Shown one piece after another: positions 36,825 through 50,392 of a stretch of 64,000 bases of DNA (position 1 is its first letter; each line of letters opens with the position of its first letter). Origin of the DNA: Vicugna vicugna (lineage: Eukaryota). A model generated the notes under the pieces. It saw only the letters and a program-made list of their open reading frames with translations. It did no database searches and was not told the DNA's origin. The translations under genes and the position numbers were made by a program. Where the stretch lies: assembly GCA_013265495.1 (NCBI GenBank), contig MU058065.1:5182976-5246975 (forward strand), given 5' to 3'.

Positions 36825-37644
36825 CAGTAGTTCTCAAAAGTTTTGGTCCCAGAACTTCTTCGTACTCTTAAAAATTATTGAGAACCTCAAAGAGCCTTTG
36901 TTTATGCAGATTATGTCTGTCAACATTTGCCACAGCAGAAATTAAAAACTTGAAAACAGTCAAGTATTTATAAACTCACTTAAAAGTAGTAATAAAACCA
37001 GTTTATGTTTGCATAACATATTTTTATGAAACATAACTATATTTTCCAAACATAATTTAGTATGAGTGACATTGTTTTACATTTTCACAAAGCTCTTTAT
37101 TATCTGCCTTAATAGAATCAGCTGGATTCTCATATCAGCTTCTGTGTTTGATCAGTTGTGTTATGTAGTTTTCATTAAAGTATATGAGGAAAATCCAGCC
37201 TCATATAGATGTGTGGTTGGGGGAGGGGCAACTTTACTAGTCTTCTCAGATAATTGTGGACAGTCTTCTTTGATGTAGCCCCAAAGCTCTACAAATGGTA
37301 GTCTTTTAAAGGCCAGTTGCAATGATGAATCTAAAACTGTATAAATAAACGTACTGTTTGAAGTCTCTTGCACTTTGAATGGTTCTTTCATTTAGGCATG
37401 ATTTTGTAACACCATGCATTGGTCATTTGGAAAACACTGGTTCAAATGAATGTTGACATATTTCATTATAAAATGTCATCACACATCATGTAACTCCTGG
37501 GATACTCCACTGTAGGCTTGTGAGAAAAAAAGAGAATGAAAACAGCAAGTAGTCACTTAGTATTACTATGGTCTGACCGCGCAGACCCCACGAAAGGATC
37601 TTAAGTACTGGGGTATCTCTAAGACCACACTTTGAGAATTGCAA
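36825..37644 (-). mobile_element. Charlie1-family hAT DNA transposon, internally deleted
   Basis: TIR-like ends cagtagttctcaaa...tttgagaattgc; internal cttaatagaatcagctggattctcatatc and aaagtatatgaggaaaatccagcctca. Confidence 0.85.
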
Positions 37645-38419
37645 CCTTAAAGCAACAAAAGAAAAATAATCTGTATGAGAGAGAAACCTGGAAGACAGTC
37701 AAGACTAACAGAATTTGGAGGAGGTCCTAAAAGAAAATATACCCGTCCACCCCCACCCCCACCCCCAGCAAGTGGTAGAAAAGCTGAGGGAGTTTGGGGA
37801 AGAGATATACCTAACTGACATTTTTAAGTTGTTTTTGGTAGAATTTGTAATATAAACCATTCCTTTGTCTGCCCTGAGAAAGCTTCAGAAACTAATATTG
37901 TTATACAAGTGAACCCTTTGGCAGGAAATCAAAAAAGATGCTAACTTTTGAGACATGGTCTGTGCTTCCTGGAGAAAGCCCACATGGACATTGGACCCCA
38001 GAGGAAAGATGAAGGATCTGAAGATTTGCAGAAATCCAGGATGGGGTAGGGGGCAGATCTTTGTGTGGGAAGAGGATTTCCCCTGTCCAGGGAAATAGGA
38101 GTTTGAAGGGATCCTATCTGGTTTCAAAATCTGAGTGCCCCTAGTTGACCAGTAGAGCAGTGGGCATTAAGAGTTCACCTTGTCCTCCAACCTAGGATAG
38201 GCTGCTGTGTGCTTGGCTGGCCCCCTCTGCCCATTCAGGGAGTGACTATAGCAGGTAAATTGAGGCCCAAATGGATTTTGTCTGGGGCCAGGTAGGGGCA
38301 GTAGAAGAGAATTTCCATGTAGAGAGTAGAAGCCAATAAGCACTTGATCCCAGGGACCTGGGTCCAGTCTGGCCTTGACCAAGAGAGAATAAAATCAGCA
38401 GGTCTGAGGAAGACCTAAG

Positions 38420-38633
38420 GCATGCATTCTCAACTGGGACCAGTTTTGCAACGAGGGAATGTCCAGCAATGTCTAGAGACATTCTTGGTTGTCACAACCT
38501 GGTGGGGAGGAATATTACTGGCTTCTAGGAAATAGAGGTGAAAGATGTTGTTAAACATCCCACAATACACAAGACAGCTCCACATTAATTCTCCAGCCCC
38601 AGATGTCAATAGCACCAAAGCTGAGAAACCCCG
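38420..38633 (+). mobile_element. MER20 hAT MITE
   Basis: gcaatgtctagagacattcttggttgtcacaac...aaacatcccacaatacaca...atgtcaatagcaccaaagctgagaaacc. Confidence 0.88.
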
Positions 38634-39174
38634 GCCTATGCCAATCACTCCCTGGGATGCTCTGGGCCCAGCAGTCCTGAGCCACATTTCCTCTACACAT
38701 TGTAGGGGACCACAGAGAAAGAATTAGGGAGGACAAGATGGAGAATGGATCATATACACTGAAGATGCTAAGGAGCCTGGCTTTAGGCAAACCGTCTTCT
38801 GTAACCTCAATCCCCTTCCCCCTTTTTATAGTTACCCCTTTCCCCACCACCCTGATACTCCAGGTTCCCATAGCCTGTGGTCTTTCTTCCTTGCAAACCT
38901 GTTCCTGGGAAATGATCCAATGTTGGTTCTTCCAAATGTAGGATGGAAGTAACTTATCATGGTTCATCTCTCAGGGACATTGACATTTTAAGCCACATTG
39001 TCAACTGTGTAATGTGAGTCTTTTGGAGGGGGAACATAGTTAACTTATATAATAAAGTATGCGTCAACAGCAGGTAGGTAGGGGAAGGTCTAGGGTTCAG
39101 GGCTAGAATATAGCAGAGGATTCCTTATTGGTAGTCCTGAAATCACACCATGGAAAGCGGCATGGTAATGAGGG

Positions 39175-39430
39175 TAATACTAGCCACCTATATTCACTGG
39201 ACACTTGCTATGGACACACACTGTCCTTACGGCTCCACCTGTATCAATTCGTCTCATCTTCATGAGTCATTGAGGTAGTTACTATCATTATCCTCATTTT
39301 ATAAGTGAGGAAACTAAGACACAGAGAGACCAAAAAACTCACTCAAAGTCCACTAGGAACTGAAGAAGTAGGAGTTAAACCCGAACAGCCTGACTGCAGA
39401 CAAGAGCATGGGCTCTTAACCTTCCCTGCT
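39175..39430 (-). mobile_element. MIR SINE
   Basis: attatcctcattttataagtgaggaaactaagacacagagag. Confidence 0.8.
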
Positions 39431-40587
39431 CCGCTGCTTCTCATGCTATAAAAAGAACTCCGACTGGGAGGAACGGGCCTCACACTGCACTAGAAACGTG
39501 TTTGGGCAAGCCAAACCCCACTAGGGATTATAGTTTCCTTCTTTATGAAGTGATAGGATTGGACCAAGCCATCACTCATTTCCCTGCAGCCAATGTTTAA
39601 TGATTCTTATGGTCCAGATATTAAATTTCAAAATGAGTTGACTTCATCTTATCTTTGGTGCCATTTCTCCTGAACAGCATGGTTGGGTTCGGGTCATACA
39701 CAGCATCCTTTAAGGAAGCTCTAGCTAGCAGAACGCCACCCTACAGGAATCCCCACCGCCTTCCCCTAAAGGCAGCCCCTTGCTCTGGGATCAGCCTGGC
39801 CACCAGAACTGAATCCCCATTCCCTTCTTTGGTGGCTCTCTTTTGGGTAAGAGAAAGGAAAGCAGAGTAAACTATTCACATCAAGGTGTGAGAGGCTGAT
39901 GAGTTCCAGAAACTTTTCTTGTTCTTGTCCTATAATGTAAAGTGAAAAACTGTCAAAGCAATGGAAGAAAGACAGATATTTGGGGGTATGACAGACTTTG
40001 GTAACAGCCCTAAAATCAGCAGCTCTCATTCCTCTCTGAGACTAAAGTGGGTTCCACTGAACTGCTCTCGTATTTCTCTTATACGTCATTATATTTAACT
40101 GAGAGCTAGACTCAAATCAGTGCTCAAAGAAGTACTTTTTGGTTGACTAAGAAGATAATGACTCTGTGTGCCTCAAGTTTTTTTTTTATTATTAAATTAA
40201 TCCCTGTTGGAATAAAGTTGGAATTTGAGTTTAGCTCAAGTCAGAGATTTACCAGAATGTTCCTACATGCTCTGACCTGCCATCCTCCTGGAGAGAACTA
40301 ATGACACATACCCATTATTTTGCTTCTTCAAATACCAAAGGGCTTCTTAGGAATGAAAATCTTTGGCCCCATCCCAGACCTTCTGAAACAGAATCTACAT
40401 TTTGACAAGACTCTCAGATGATTTGTTTGCATGTTAAAGTGTGAGAATCATGGAAGGGGTTATTATATTATGTTGGGGAGAAGTTGGAGAACCTGTATTT
40501 TGATACTTAAGGTCACCTGCAGAATTTTCTAGTTAAATCCTGAAGGTTACTTTGCATTTTTAGAGTCAATTTATGCCTGGAGGTAAG

Positions 40588-40589
<2 letters not shown>

Positions 40590-40656
<67 letters not shown>
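40590..40656. repeat. Compound (CT)14(CA)19 microsatellite
   Basis: Direct reading. Confidence 0.97.
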
Positions 40657-40658
<2 letters not shown>

Positions 40659-40881
40659 CATTATCTCTTCCCTGCAGGATTTTACAGTTAGTGAAGGACA
40701 GATATGTAAAAAAAGCAACCACCATCCATTGTGATGGTACAATAATGGTGGCAGATTCGGTCAGGGAGGGAAGGACAGAAAAAATTAATTGGTTTACCTG
40801 GGAAATTCAGAGACAGTTTGGCAATGGAGACAGAACAGTCAAGATTCTTTCAGTTTCAAGGCAGAAAACTATTTCAAAGAG

Positions 40882-41386
40882 TGACAAGCAAGAGACCAGG
40901 AGCAGAAGTCCAAACACTTCCGTCCACTGCATCTTGGAATCAAAATCACCAGGAAAACACAACTCAGTTAGGCACTGGATGGGACAATGCTTTACTCACA
41001 TCAGAGGGAAAGTGCAAGGTCAGCTCCAAGGGTGGGCACTGGTCCCCCATGGCTAGCAGGCCCCTCTCGGCAGAAGATGCAGGGCAGTTGGCCCATGCAT
41101 CCTTCTTGTGCTGCAGTAAAAGGACTCAGTCCCCGCCCTGAATAGGACAGATATCATAGTAGGGTTGGCCAGGTGCCACTACGCACATGCTGAAGCAGAA
41201 CAAAGGAGCACTCATGGGATCTGAAACAGGGAAAGGTATTCCCACACAAGGTGATAAGCCCGGCACAGACTGAGAGGACTCTATCTGTTGGCAAGGGAAT
41301 GTTCCAAGCTCAAGGCCCATTCTTACACAGCCAGGTGGGAGCCAAGAGACTGCCTGCTTGAGCACCTGAGACTACCTTCCCCAACA
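40882..41386 (-). mobile_element. ERVL-class solo LTR (LTR40/LTR52-like) nested in an MLT1K-like LTR
   Basis: TG...CA termini; attcccacacaaggtgataagcc, aaggcccattctta, gagactaccttccccaaca; MLT1K-like flanks rejoin across it. Confidence 0.7.
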
Positions 41387-44300
41387 AAATGGCTTAAACC
41401 ACAAAAAGGAATCTATTGTTTCATGTAACTAAACATTCTAGGGGTAGTTGGCTTCAGGCATAGCTATACCCAGATGCTGAAATCCTGTCCTCAGAGATCC
41501 AATTTTCTCTATTTCTTGTGTTTTCCTCTGCTCTAACTTCATCCTTAGACAAGTTCCCTTTAGGAGTTTATCACAGAATGTTGAGGCATACGTTAACTTT
41601 TCAGGATTCTGAAATTATTTTTAAAAATTTCCATCAGCCTGTCTTGGGTCACATGATCACCTCTGATCAACCTTTATGGTTGACAGATTTAGACTTGAAT
41701 CCCCACTCTACTGTCACTAGCTGGCTTTGCCAAGGTGAGCCTGAGTGGTCTCTGTAACGTGGCAGATATAGATGCCCAGTTGGCACTAGTATGGTCAGGG
41801 GATGCTCACAGTGGGGGGTGGGTAACCCTGGTTATCAGCATCATCATTATGGATCTGTATTCCAAAAGGAATTGACTTAACTGTTCAATAAAGGAAACTT
41901 CTAGTTGTGTTTTCTAAGGACTCTTCCTCAGCTAGACATATGTGAAACCCAACATATACACACCCATATCTGCTCAACACAAGTCCTGGGAAAGAAGGGT
42001 GGCTCTCACACCAGCTGGCCCAGTGTGGGTGACAGGAGCCCCTGGAAGAACACCAAGCGAGGCAGATTCGATTTTAGACAAATTTGGATTTTCGATAACA
42101 ACTTTTAAAAGAGAAGAAAAATTTGAAACCCTCCGGGCCACACAAATTTAAAACATCATTTGTGTATGAATTCTATACATGCTTCCGATTCTGATTCGAA
42201 TCCTGACCCTGCTTCATGGGAGAAGGTTTGCCGAGAATTTTTTCTGCTTTGAGGTCAGGATCCTGATTTCTCTGACTCCTTGCATCTCTATCGCTCCTTT
42301 CATCTTGTTTTCACTTGTCCGGCAGTAGGGGGGACCTGGTAACGTCACACCCTTGATGCCATCTCCACATGGGGCTGTCACTGGAAGAGCATGACCGAAA
42401 AAGCCCTCCCTGGGCTCTATTGACGGAGGTCTGAGTAGAAGAGAGGCTATAAACTGATGTGTCTTCATTAGCTGGAGGAGCAAAAAGGTGGACACAGTCC
42501 TTATGAATATAAATCAATTCAGATCGCATCTCACGGAAACAAAGTAGGAAAAGTGTCCACGGGCATGACTGGCCGTAGGCTCGTATCAACCCGGGTAGGC
42601 CAGGGTTCAAGCCAGGGCCTCCACACACAAAGAATCTGATGGCCAACCATCTTCTCTGGCTTCTCTTGCCAACAGTAGTCTTTCAGGCAGACGAATTCAA
42701 CCTCATCTCCGCTTTTTCAGTGAGAAACAGCTGTCAAGGAATGATGTGTTTGAATTTAACCTATCATTTCTGAGCAACTGACAGGGTATCAACTATTACT
42801 TTCAGGGACAGATCAAGGAAAAACATCTTACTTACGCTAACAAAAGGTTAGCCACAGAATACATACAAATACTTTGCTAAGAAAACAGAAATGCTAGATG
42901 ACAAATACAGCCAGCCTGCTGGAGATACAAGTCTACTCTCAAAAAACAGCTAAGAGGAAAGAAGAGGGTGGGGGGAGAAAGAGAGAGGGAGAGAGACTGC
43001 ACCCATCAGCAAAATCACCCACTGTTTGAATCACTGGAAACTCTTCCTCCTCCCGGGTTCCATCTTTCCACTTTAAAGGAAAGCACCTGCCGTAGGATTA
43101 GGCTAACTTTCCTACTTAATAGAAGCAAAAAGGAAAAACAAAGGAGAAGCACCAAATGCATAACAACGATGACCTTCAAACTGCTGAGCTTAGCGCTCTG
43201 GCCTTTGCTCTGTGCTTGTAGCAATCTCTCAATAACTGATTAAAGGATTAACCACCCAATTTGTTCAAAAGAACACAAGATTTATATACTTATAAGGTCT
43301 GGGAAGACATACACCTGAATTTGCATAACAATAACCTAGACCAGAGGAGTCAGACAGAAAAGTAATTCACATTTATAGTCTGAATTTTAAAACCAACTAT
43401 AAAGTAGAAAATAGAGTCTACCTCACCACTAGCTCGCACAGCATTAACGAGCACCAGTTGGTCTTATCTGTCATTCTCGAACAAATAGGTCTAATTAGAA
43501 ATGACAATGGTGCATCAATTGCATGCAGGTTAGTGACTGACAGATCTACACATGTTTTATCTGGGGGTCTTAAGAGATTCCAACTGATTCTAACTGGCAT
43601 GAAAAGAGGTGAATTCCCAGCTGCAACAGAGCAGAGAGGATGTTCAGTGTTACCCGGTCCCCCGGAGAAGGTGGGCCAGACTGGACTGGAAGGGTGTCAT
43701 TAAGAGCTGTGAGCTCACCCCAGGGAGGCAGGTGCGAGAGAAACAACCTAATCCGGGCTTTTGTTTTTCACCTGTCCCCACCCTCTACTGTGCAGAACTG
43801 TTTACTCAAAAGGGCAAGAAGCACATTCCCCGTGTCTGTACAAGGGAAACACACCCTCTCGGGGAGGGTCCGGTGACTGGGATCCGGCATGGGAACTGGT
43901 GCTCAGTCCCAGAGGACGTCTTCTGGAGCAAGTCACTGCAGGCAGACGTGCCCCTGGGAACAGGCAGTTGGCTTCAGGCTAATCTGTCTGCCAAAGTCTG
44001 AGTCCTCACACTGAGATCAAAGGGCCCAGGGAACCCACTGCCACAGCTCCTGACCTGCCACTAATTCCACCTTGTGAGGACCAACCTCTGGGTGCAGGTT
44101 CTAATCCTGAAGCACGGTTTAGTAAAGGATGTGAGGAAAGAAAAGAGGAATTAGGACGTTAGTGTTGGAGATGCTAAAAAGCATACCCAGAAGCAAGCAA
44201 AGGGCAAGAACTAACACGAATCCAATTTTATCAGGTGTGCCTGACTTTCCTCTGGGCTAGGAGATATTTTACCTGTCTTCCCTTCTCTCCCTCCATCTTA

Positions 44301-47300
44301 TCAGCCAAGAGAGTCATTTAGCCGATTCTTAACTTGATCTTAAATTTTCGCTCCTCAGGAATGTCTCCTTCATAGGATTTCATCATCTTTCTCTGCCCTT
44401 CCTGAATGCCCTCACCTTCAGAATTCAAGATCACATTCTCCACCGAGCTACTCCAAGCCGATCAGTCCTGAACCTTCCCCCACAGCTCTGCCACAGAGCC
44501 TTCCTCTTCCAAAGCCCACCTAGGGCTCACCTCAACAGAGAAACCTTTCCAGAAATTTCTACCGGACTCTACTACAGTAACCTTAACCAATTCCCCTGAG
44601 AGGCTGCCCATTCGTCTGACCCTGGGTTGGGTGAGGCTGTTTTACTGTGTCTTTATAAGTATGATGTGTCTCATCTCAGGGTGTCCCCTACACACACCCA
44701 CCACCCACCAAGGGCTCCTCCCTGTGCGCTGAACTCCCTCAGCCTCCAGCACTGAGCACTGCAGTGCTGTAAACCTACAGCATCCACCGGTCCGTCTGGG
44801 CCTAAGTGGGGAGACCACAGACACCCAGAGACAAGTGAATCCAGTTCATCACAAGCTCAACACACCCTCAAGTTCATCATCTAATTCCAGCTACAAATCC
44901 ACACAGGTGGAGTGAACCCAACCGATGGAGTTTGCCCTGCTATTGTTCTTGGTTTGGTTCTCATGGGGAGATGTAAACCATGTCATTATACCACACCATG
45001 TCTTGACTTTTTTTAACTCCACTTGAATCGTCTTTCTGTGCTATGAAGACATAGGCCTATAATGAGAGGAATCCCAGTCTCAACTAGAATGCAGTGGCTC
45101 AGCTGGACAAGGGAATTTTTCCTATTTGACATGAGAAGCATCCCAATGATGTAAAGTTAAGTCCTCTTTATTTTCAAGCAAATCATCTATCATCTCTCTA
45201 TAGAAGAGAATAAAAATTATATTAATTTGAGAATTTAGGAAAATCAAGAACATGTGGTCACCACAGGTAGAGCAAAGAAATCCTGTTTAATTCCAGTAAT
45301 GCTTTCAGCACTAGAAGGCATGTTCATCGAGAAAATGAGCCCAGTAGATGGGAAACAGGATTCTGAGATCAGCAAATGAGGCGCTCAGAGATTTGTTTAT
45401 TCTGGGTCTCTGACCCAACCCCTTCGCTGCAGAAGAAAAATATGAAAGTGTGTGTCTGCGAATGAATTCTTGGCATCCCGTCAAAACTAACCAACAGCCA
45501 AGGAGGCTTGAGACTATCTGACTGTCCGAGAGTGGACCAGAGCCAGCTCAGGGGACAGTGAGAAACAAGTTCAGAGCTTCAATGAATGGGGAATAAGCGG
45601 GGGGGGGGGCACATTTCGGAGATGGGGGCAAAAAGATGCCAAGGATAGTTCAGACAGAGGTTGTGCCCAGCTATCAGCTCTCCTCCTCACAGAGGCCAGA
45701 ACACCACTGGGAGCTTTACAATACAAAAATAGCCAAAGTGGAGCCCTTTTTTGTACCGATCAATGTGATTTCCCAATAGGACTGCTAACCCTGCTGTCGC
45801 AAAAGTGAAAAAGGTTTTCAAACCCACCTCTTCCTCATGCTCCCCAGCCAAGGTCATACATTCCCAAACAGGCTACTCATACAGCAACCTCCGTCTCAAA
45901 AGGTAACTTTATGGAAGTATTTGTTTTTTAACATTTGTCTCAGACACAAATAGATTAAGACCATTTGGTTTTTATAAGGCAGTGGAGGAGGGGTTCCAAG
46001 GAAATATATTTATGATTTACAACATGAAACGATTTTTCTGATCATTTTCCACTAAAGGGAGGAAAGAGATTAATTGGCATGAAGCAATTTCCAAGGCCCG
46101 CTCAGTGGCTTTTCACTGATGGACAAACCATATTCCTGGCATCAGAGAATTTTAAAGCTAGACGGCGCATTGGAAATCATCTTACCAATTTCCACATTTT
46201 CCAGATGAGGAATTAAAATCAGAGATAATCAGCAATTTTCACATGGTGACATAATGTTATTGCCAAAGCCAGAATTTAAATAAAGATCTCTAGACAACAT
46301 GTATATTCAGCTATAACTGGTCACCTTCTTTCTATTAGCTGAGAAGCCACCCTGGCACATCATCTCTAGGGAAAATACTATGGCCATTATCTTGAAGAAT
46401 ACATGCTACTTTGGTCTTAAAAAAGTCCCACCCACCTCAATCTTCCCAGTTAGATTAGCAGTTTGACTACTTCTATTCATGAAGGCACAAGTGTCTTTAA
46501 TACCTGATGTTGTTCATTTCTGCAACAGACATAAGTAGATTCATTATTTTTCCAAGCATTATTAATATTATGAAAGAACCCACCTATGGACCTCCCCCCT
46601 CTCCAAAAACCCTCACAAAGTTCTAGAGAGCCACCAGCTTACACCAAAAGTCTTCTCGACAAAGGAACTACCTAGAAAATGCATACCTACTAAATTAGGT
46701 ATTCAAAATCAATTTTTCACAATCATTGATCAACGCAGACAAAATACATCTTCAAAATCATCTGAGGGCTTCTGACTCTGGGTGCAGCATTTCTAAGATA
46801 ATTTTTCAATGTTTAGTTAATTCAGTTGATTATAAAAGGACAACTTCATTATATACGTAAAAAAAAGAAAAGAAACTCTTAAGAAGTATAGCTATAAGAC
46901 TTTTGGGCTCTTTGATTCCTTGAATGTTCCAGCTTTTCTTTGCTCACTGGTGCTGCGCTGCCCCTCACACACATTTCCTGAGCCAGAATGAGGAACAGCT
47001 GCCACTTAACCCTGTGTTAAACGTTGGTGGCAAACGCTGAAATTCCAGGGCTCTCCCTTTTATGTTGTTATTTGAGCAAAAAGACAGCTGCTCACTGTTA
47101 CACTCAAGACACCCATCATCTCTGGCTCCGTGTGGTTCCCTCCAGCGCACACTAGCACTTGTCCCGCCTTGGTGAGAGAGAGCTAAAATTCCACTCAGTG
47201 AACCATGGTCATGAGGGTCAACAGCCCGTCCTTTTCATGCTTTTCATGGTCTCTGGTTTCCTCCTTCCAGCCCCATTTCCCTGTAGCGCCATCTTCCCCT

Positions 47301-47994
47301 CTGTTTTTATTTCTAGAAAAAGGAGTAACAAAAGGAAAGGCTATGAAGGACAACAGAGGGTACATGGGTATAGTGAGCATGCTGTTCAAGCCCTCTGTAA
47401 TGCCCATTGGATGGGGTTTATGTTGACTAGATCATTTAAATGTGTTGGTGTATGTGTGTGTGTGTGTGTTGGACATTCTTTGACGATCTCAAAGACCTGA
47501 TTACACAGAATGTATTGAGTGAAGATTTATTCAATTGAATGGAATGTGGTGAGATTTGCATTAAATACTTTGGGCTAAGGTAACCAGATACATCATTTCC
47601 AGTTTATATGAAAGCCTTGCTGGACTTTTTGGTAACTATCCTAAGAAATTATTTCCTGGTTGTTCACATTCTGTAAATCCAGACTACAATAGGATAGAAG
47701 GATAAGGGGTAAGAAAGTCTGAGAAAAAGGAATAGAGCTAGAGGAAATAAAAGTAGGAAGAAACCAGACAAATCATAGGAAAAGAACGGACCAGAATTCA
47801 AGTAACTTTTTTTTCTTAAATAACCTGTTTTTAACACGAGATGCAACTAAATCTTTGAGACTCAATTTCCTTATCTCTGAAAATGGAGAACATGGCACCT
47901 GACTAATAATGTTGCTGTGGAGGACAAATGGTGTGGTCTATCCAAAAGTGTTTTCAATATCATAAAATACTAACAAATGCAAGGAATGACTGTT

Positions 47995-48270
47995 ATACCA
48001 GCAGAATGGCTAAGAGTATGGTCAAACTGCCTGAGTTCCCTAATCCTAGCTTTGTTTTGTTAGCTGTATGTCTTTGGATAAATATGTTAATCTATCTGCA
48101 TCCAAGTATCTTCAACTGTAAAATGGGAATAATTATAGTAGTCATTTCTCATAGGTTTTTTTTAACAACAGAATGATATAATCCATGCCATAAACCTAAT
48201 GCAGCGCTTAGAAATACTTACTCAAGTAAGTATTCAAAACTGTTGGCTGTTTTTATCATCATTATTATTG
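47995..48270 (+). mobile_element. Near full-length MIR (a second MIR fragment lies at ~47840-47990)
   Basis: agcagaatggctaagagtatgg...ctgtaaaatgggaataat...gcgcttagaa. Confidence 0.8.
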
Positions 48271-48324
48271 AAATAGCTTAATAATAATAATAACAAACAT
48301 TACGATGTGCCTGGTTCTCGACAG

Positions 48325-48775
48325 TGTTAACTGAAAAAGATGCACAACCTAAAAGCTGAGAATTACGTTTTATTTGGCGGACTTTCTGAGGACTTCAAGC
48401 CCAAGAGACAGCCTCTCAGGTGGCTCTGAGGGACTGCTTGGAAGAGGTAAGGGAGGAACTAGGATATCCAGGGGTTTTGAAACAAACACCAGGTAGTTGG
48501 AACATCAAAAGGTTACTGTTAATTAAAGAAAACCAGGTATCTCAAGTTAATGAATGTAGTTTTTTTCTATGCGTGGGAAGATGCAAGAGTCTGGACTCAC
48601 TGAAATCACTTCTTTGACATGCATCTTAGCCATCTAGGGTCATTATCCTGTTCTTCCTATCCTGAGTTCCCTCAGGCTCACTGTCCGGGAGGGGTGGGAT
48701 GCAGTAGTGGTTGATGGCTTGGTGGCTCCAGCATCCACTGTTTGCTGATATCGCAGGCAACGTTTTCCATTCACA
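48325..48775 (-). mobile_element. Cetartiodactyl ERV1 solo LTR (MER41-like) with 4-bp TSD
   Basis: TG...CA termini, TSD acag/atag; tttctatgcgtgggaagatgcaagagtctggactcactgaaatca. Confidence 0.8.
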
Positions 48776-49094
48776 ATAGTGGATATATGTGCTTATATCT
48801 ATAATTCAGTCTACTTAGTTTATTACTTAATGGCAGAAAACAAGGATAATTGTCTCTTGGGTATGGAATTATGGCAGGGAGCTCTCCCCACCCTAGAACT
48901 TCCGGTCCTAACTCAGTGTTATCACACTGATTCATGGCTTCATGTGAGATATGTGTTTTTCTATCACAAAATTTCCCCTCTGCCCTACATTCATCAAAAT
49001 TACATTCCTCCCTTTCCAGGCTGGGGAGAAGGTAGGGACTAGGGGAGGAGGTGTGGCAGTGGAAGCTCTCTGCACTATCCAGGTGATAACCACC

Positions 49095-49535
49095 AACAAT
49101 TCTGCAATGTTTTGTGACACCAACAACTAATCCTCTGATTCTCCAGACACCAACCAGCTGTCTTACAACTTAATTCAACTCTGACACTATCTTCCTAGAG
49201 TTAACATCAGATCCTACAAGGTAAAGAGGCTCAGTTCCATAAGACTGCCCCCACTTCAGATGCCAGGCACAATCCTGGACTACCTGTACTTCAGACCAAT
49301 TGCTATAAATCGAGGGTTCCAGCCCCTCTTCAGATTTGATAATTTTCTGGAACAGCTTAGAAAACTCAGAAAAATACTGTACTTATGTTTGCTGGCATCT
49401 TATAAAGGGTTACAAGTCAGGAATGGAAGAGTTGAATAGAGCAAGGTATGGGAGTGGGAGTGGTGTGGAGCTTCCATGCCCTTTCCTGGTGCACCACCCT
49501 CCAGCACCTTGAGGTGTTCACCAACCCAGAAGCTA
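49095..49535 (-). mobile_element. MER21-like LTR fragment
   Basis: ttcaactctgacactatc...ccataagactgcccccacttcagatgcca...gtgttcaccaacccagaagct. Confidence 0.8.
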
Positions 49536-49581
49536 AAATGATAACCAGACATAACACCAAGTACCAATGGGAGAGACCTGA

Positions 49582-49830
49582 GCAGCATTACCCAAAATGT
49601 GTTCCCACAAAATACCATCCTATGGGAAGCTCCCCCAAAAAGAGATTCTGTAGAATTGAGAAATACCGCACACTGTATTGGCCTCACAGATATTCACGTT
49701 AACACATTAAAGGCTTTGAGGAGTAAAGAAATTTATATAACTTACCCAAGGATTTCCAGGCTCGGTTGACTGTGGAATGCTTATTTCTGCATTAATGTCT
49801 CTCAAGAGAACACAGATGGGAAAACGTTAA
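49582..49830. mobile_element. Charlie4-like hAT fragment
   Basis: cccaaaatgtgttcccac...cattaaaggctttgag...gaacacagatgggaaaacg. Confidence 0.5.
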
Positions 49831-50039
49831 ACTGGAGGACTTCTCGGCCCCTCCAGGTAACACACACTCTTTTCTAAAAGTCTTTATGTACATTATTAGA
49901 CATAAAAGAGTCTAACTGATGGCTATTTCTGGACCAGACTGAGACATGACATAGTCACAGTAGCCACATAAAGAAACTATCTCAGGAGCACACAGCCCTG
50001 CAGAAACTTACACCACAAGGTGGTCGTGACTGTTAGTCA

Positions 50040-50392
50040 CCAGATACTTCAAGCACATAGTAGGATTTCACTTCTTTTAACGTTAGGTTTAGTCTCATGA
50101 CTTGCTCTCTGGCCAACTAATTATGAGGGGAAATATCTTGTGACTCTTCCAGAAAGAAGTTTGAAAAACTAGTGTGTAAGCCACCACATCCTTTTCTCAT
50201 TAGTGAGGTGACTGTGGAAGCCTGTGTTGAGACGTAGCCTCCGTCAGCCTAGACCTCATGAACTATGATGGGTAAAGTCCCTTTTATGATCCATGACAGA
50301 CAGGCAGCCAGAAAGAGAAATGAATCTTTGTTGTTGTCAGCCAGTTAGATTTAGGTATTATTTGTTATCACAGACTAACCAATTCTAATACA
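50040..50392 (+). mobile_element. Old MLT1 (I/J-like) LTR
   Basis: tctcatgacttgctctctggccaa...gagaaatgaatctttgttgtt...ctaataca. Confidence 0.6.

Noticed and set aside
48325..48775. MER41-like LTR as an interferon-gamma/STAT1 enhancer
   Set aside because: I found no intact TTCNNNGAA site in this copy.
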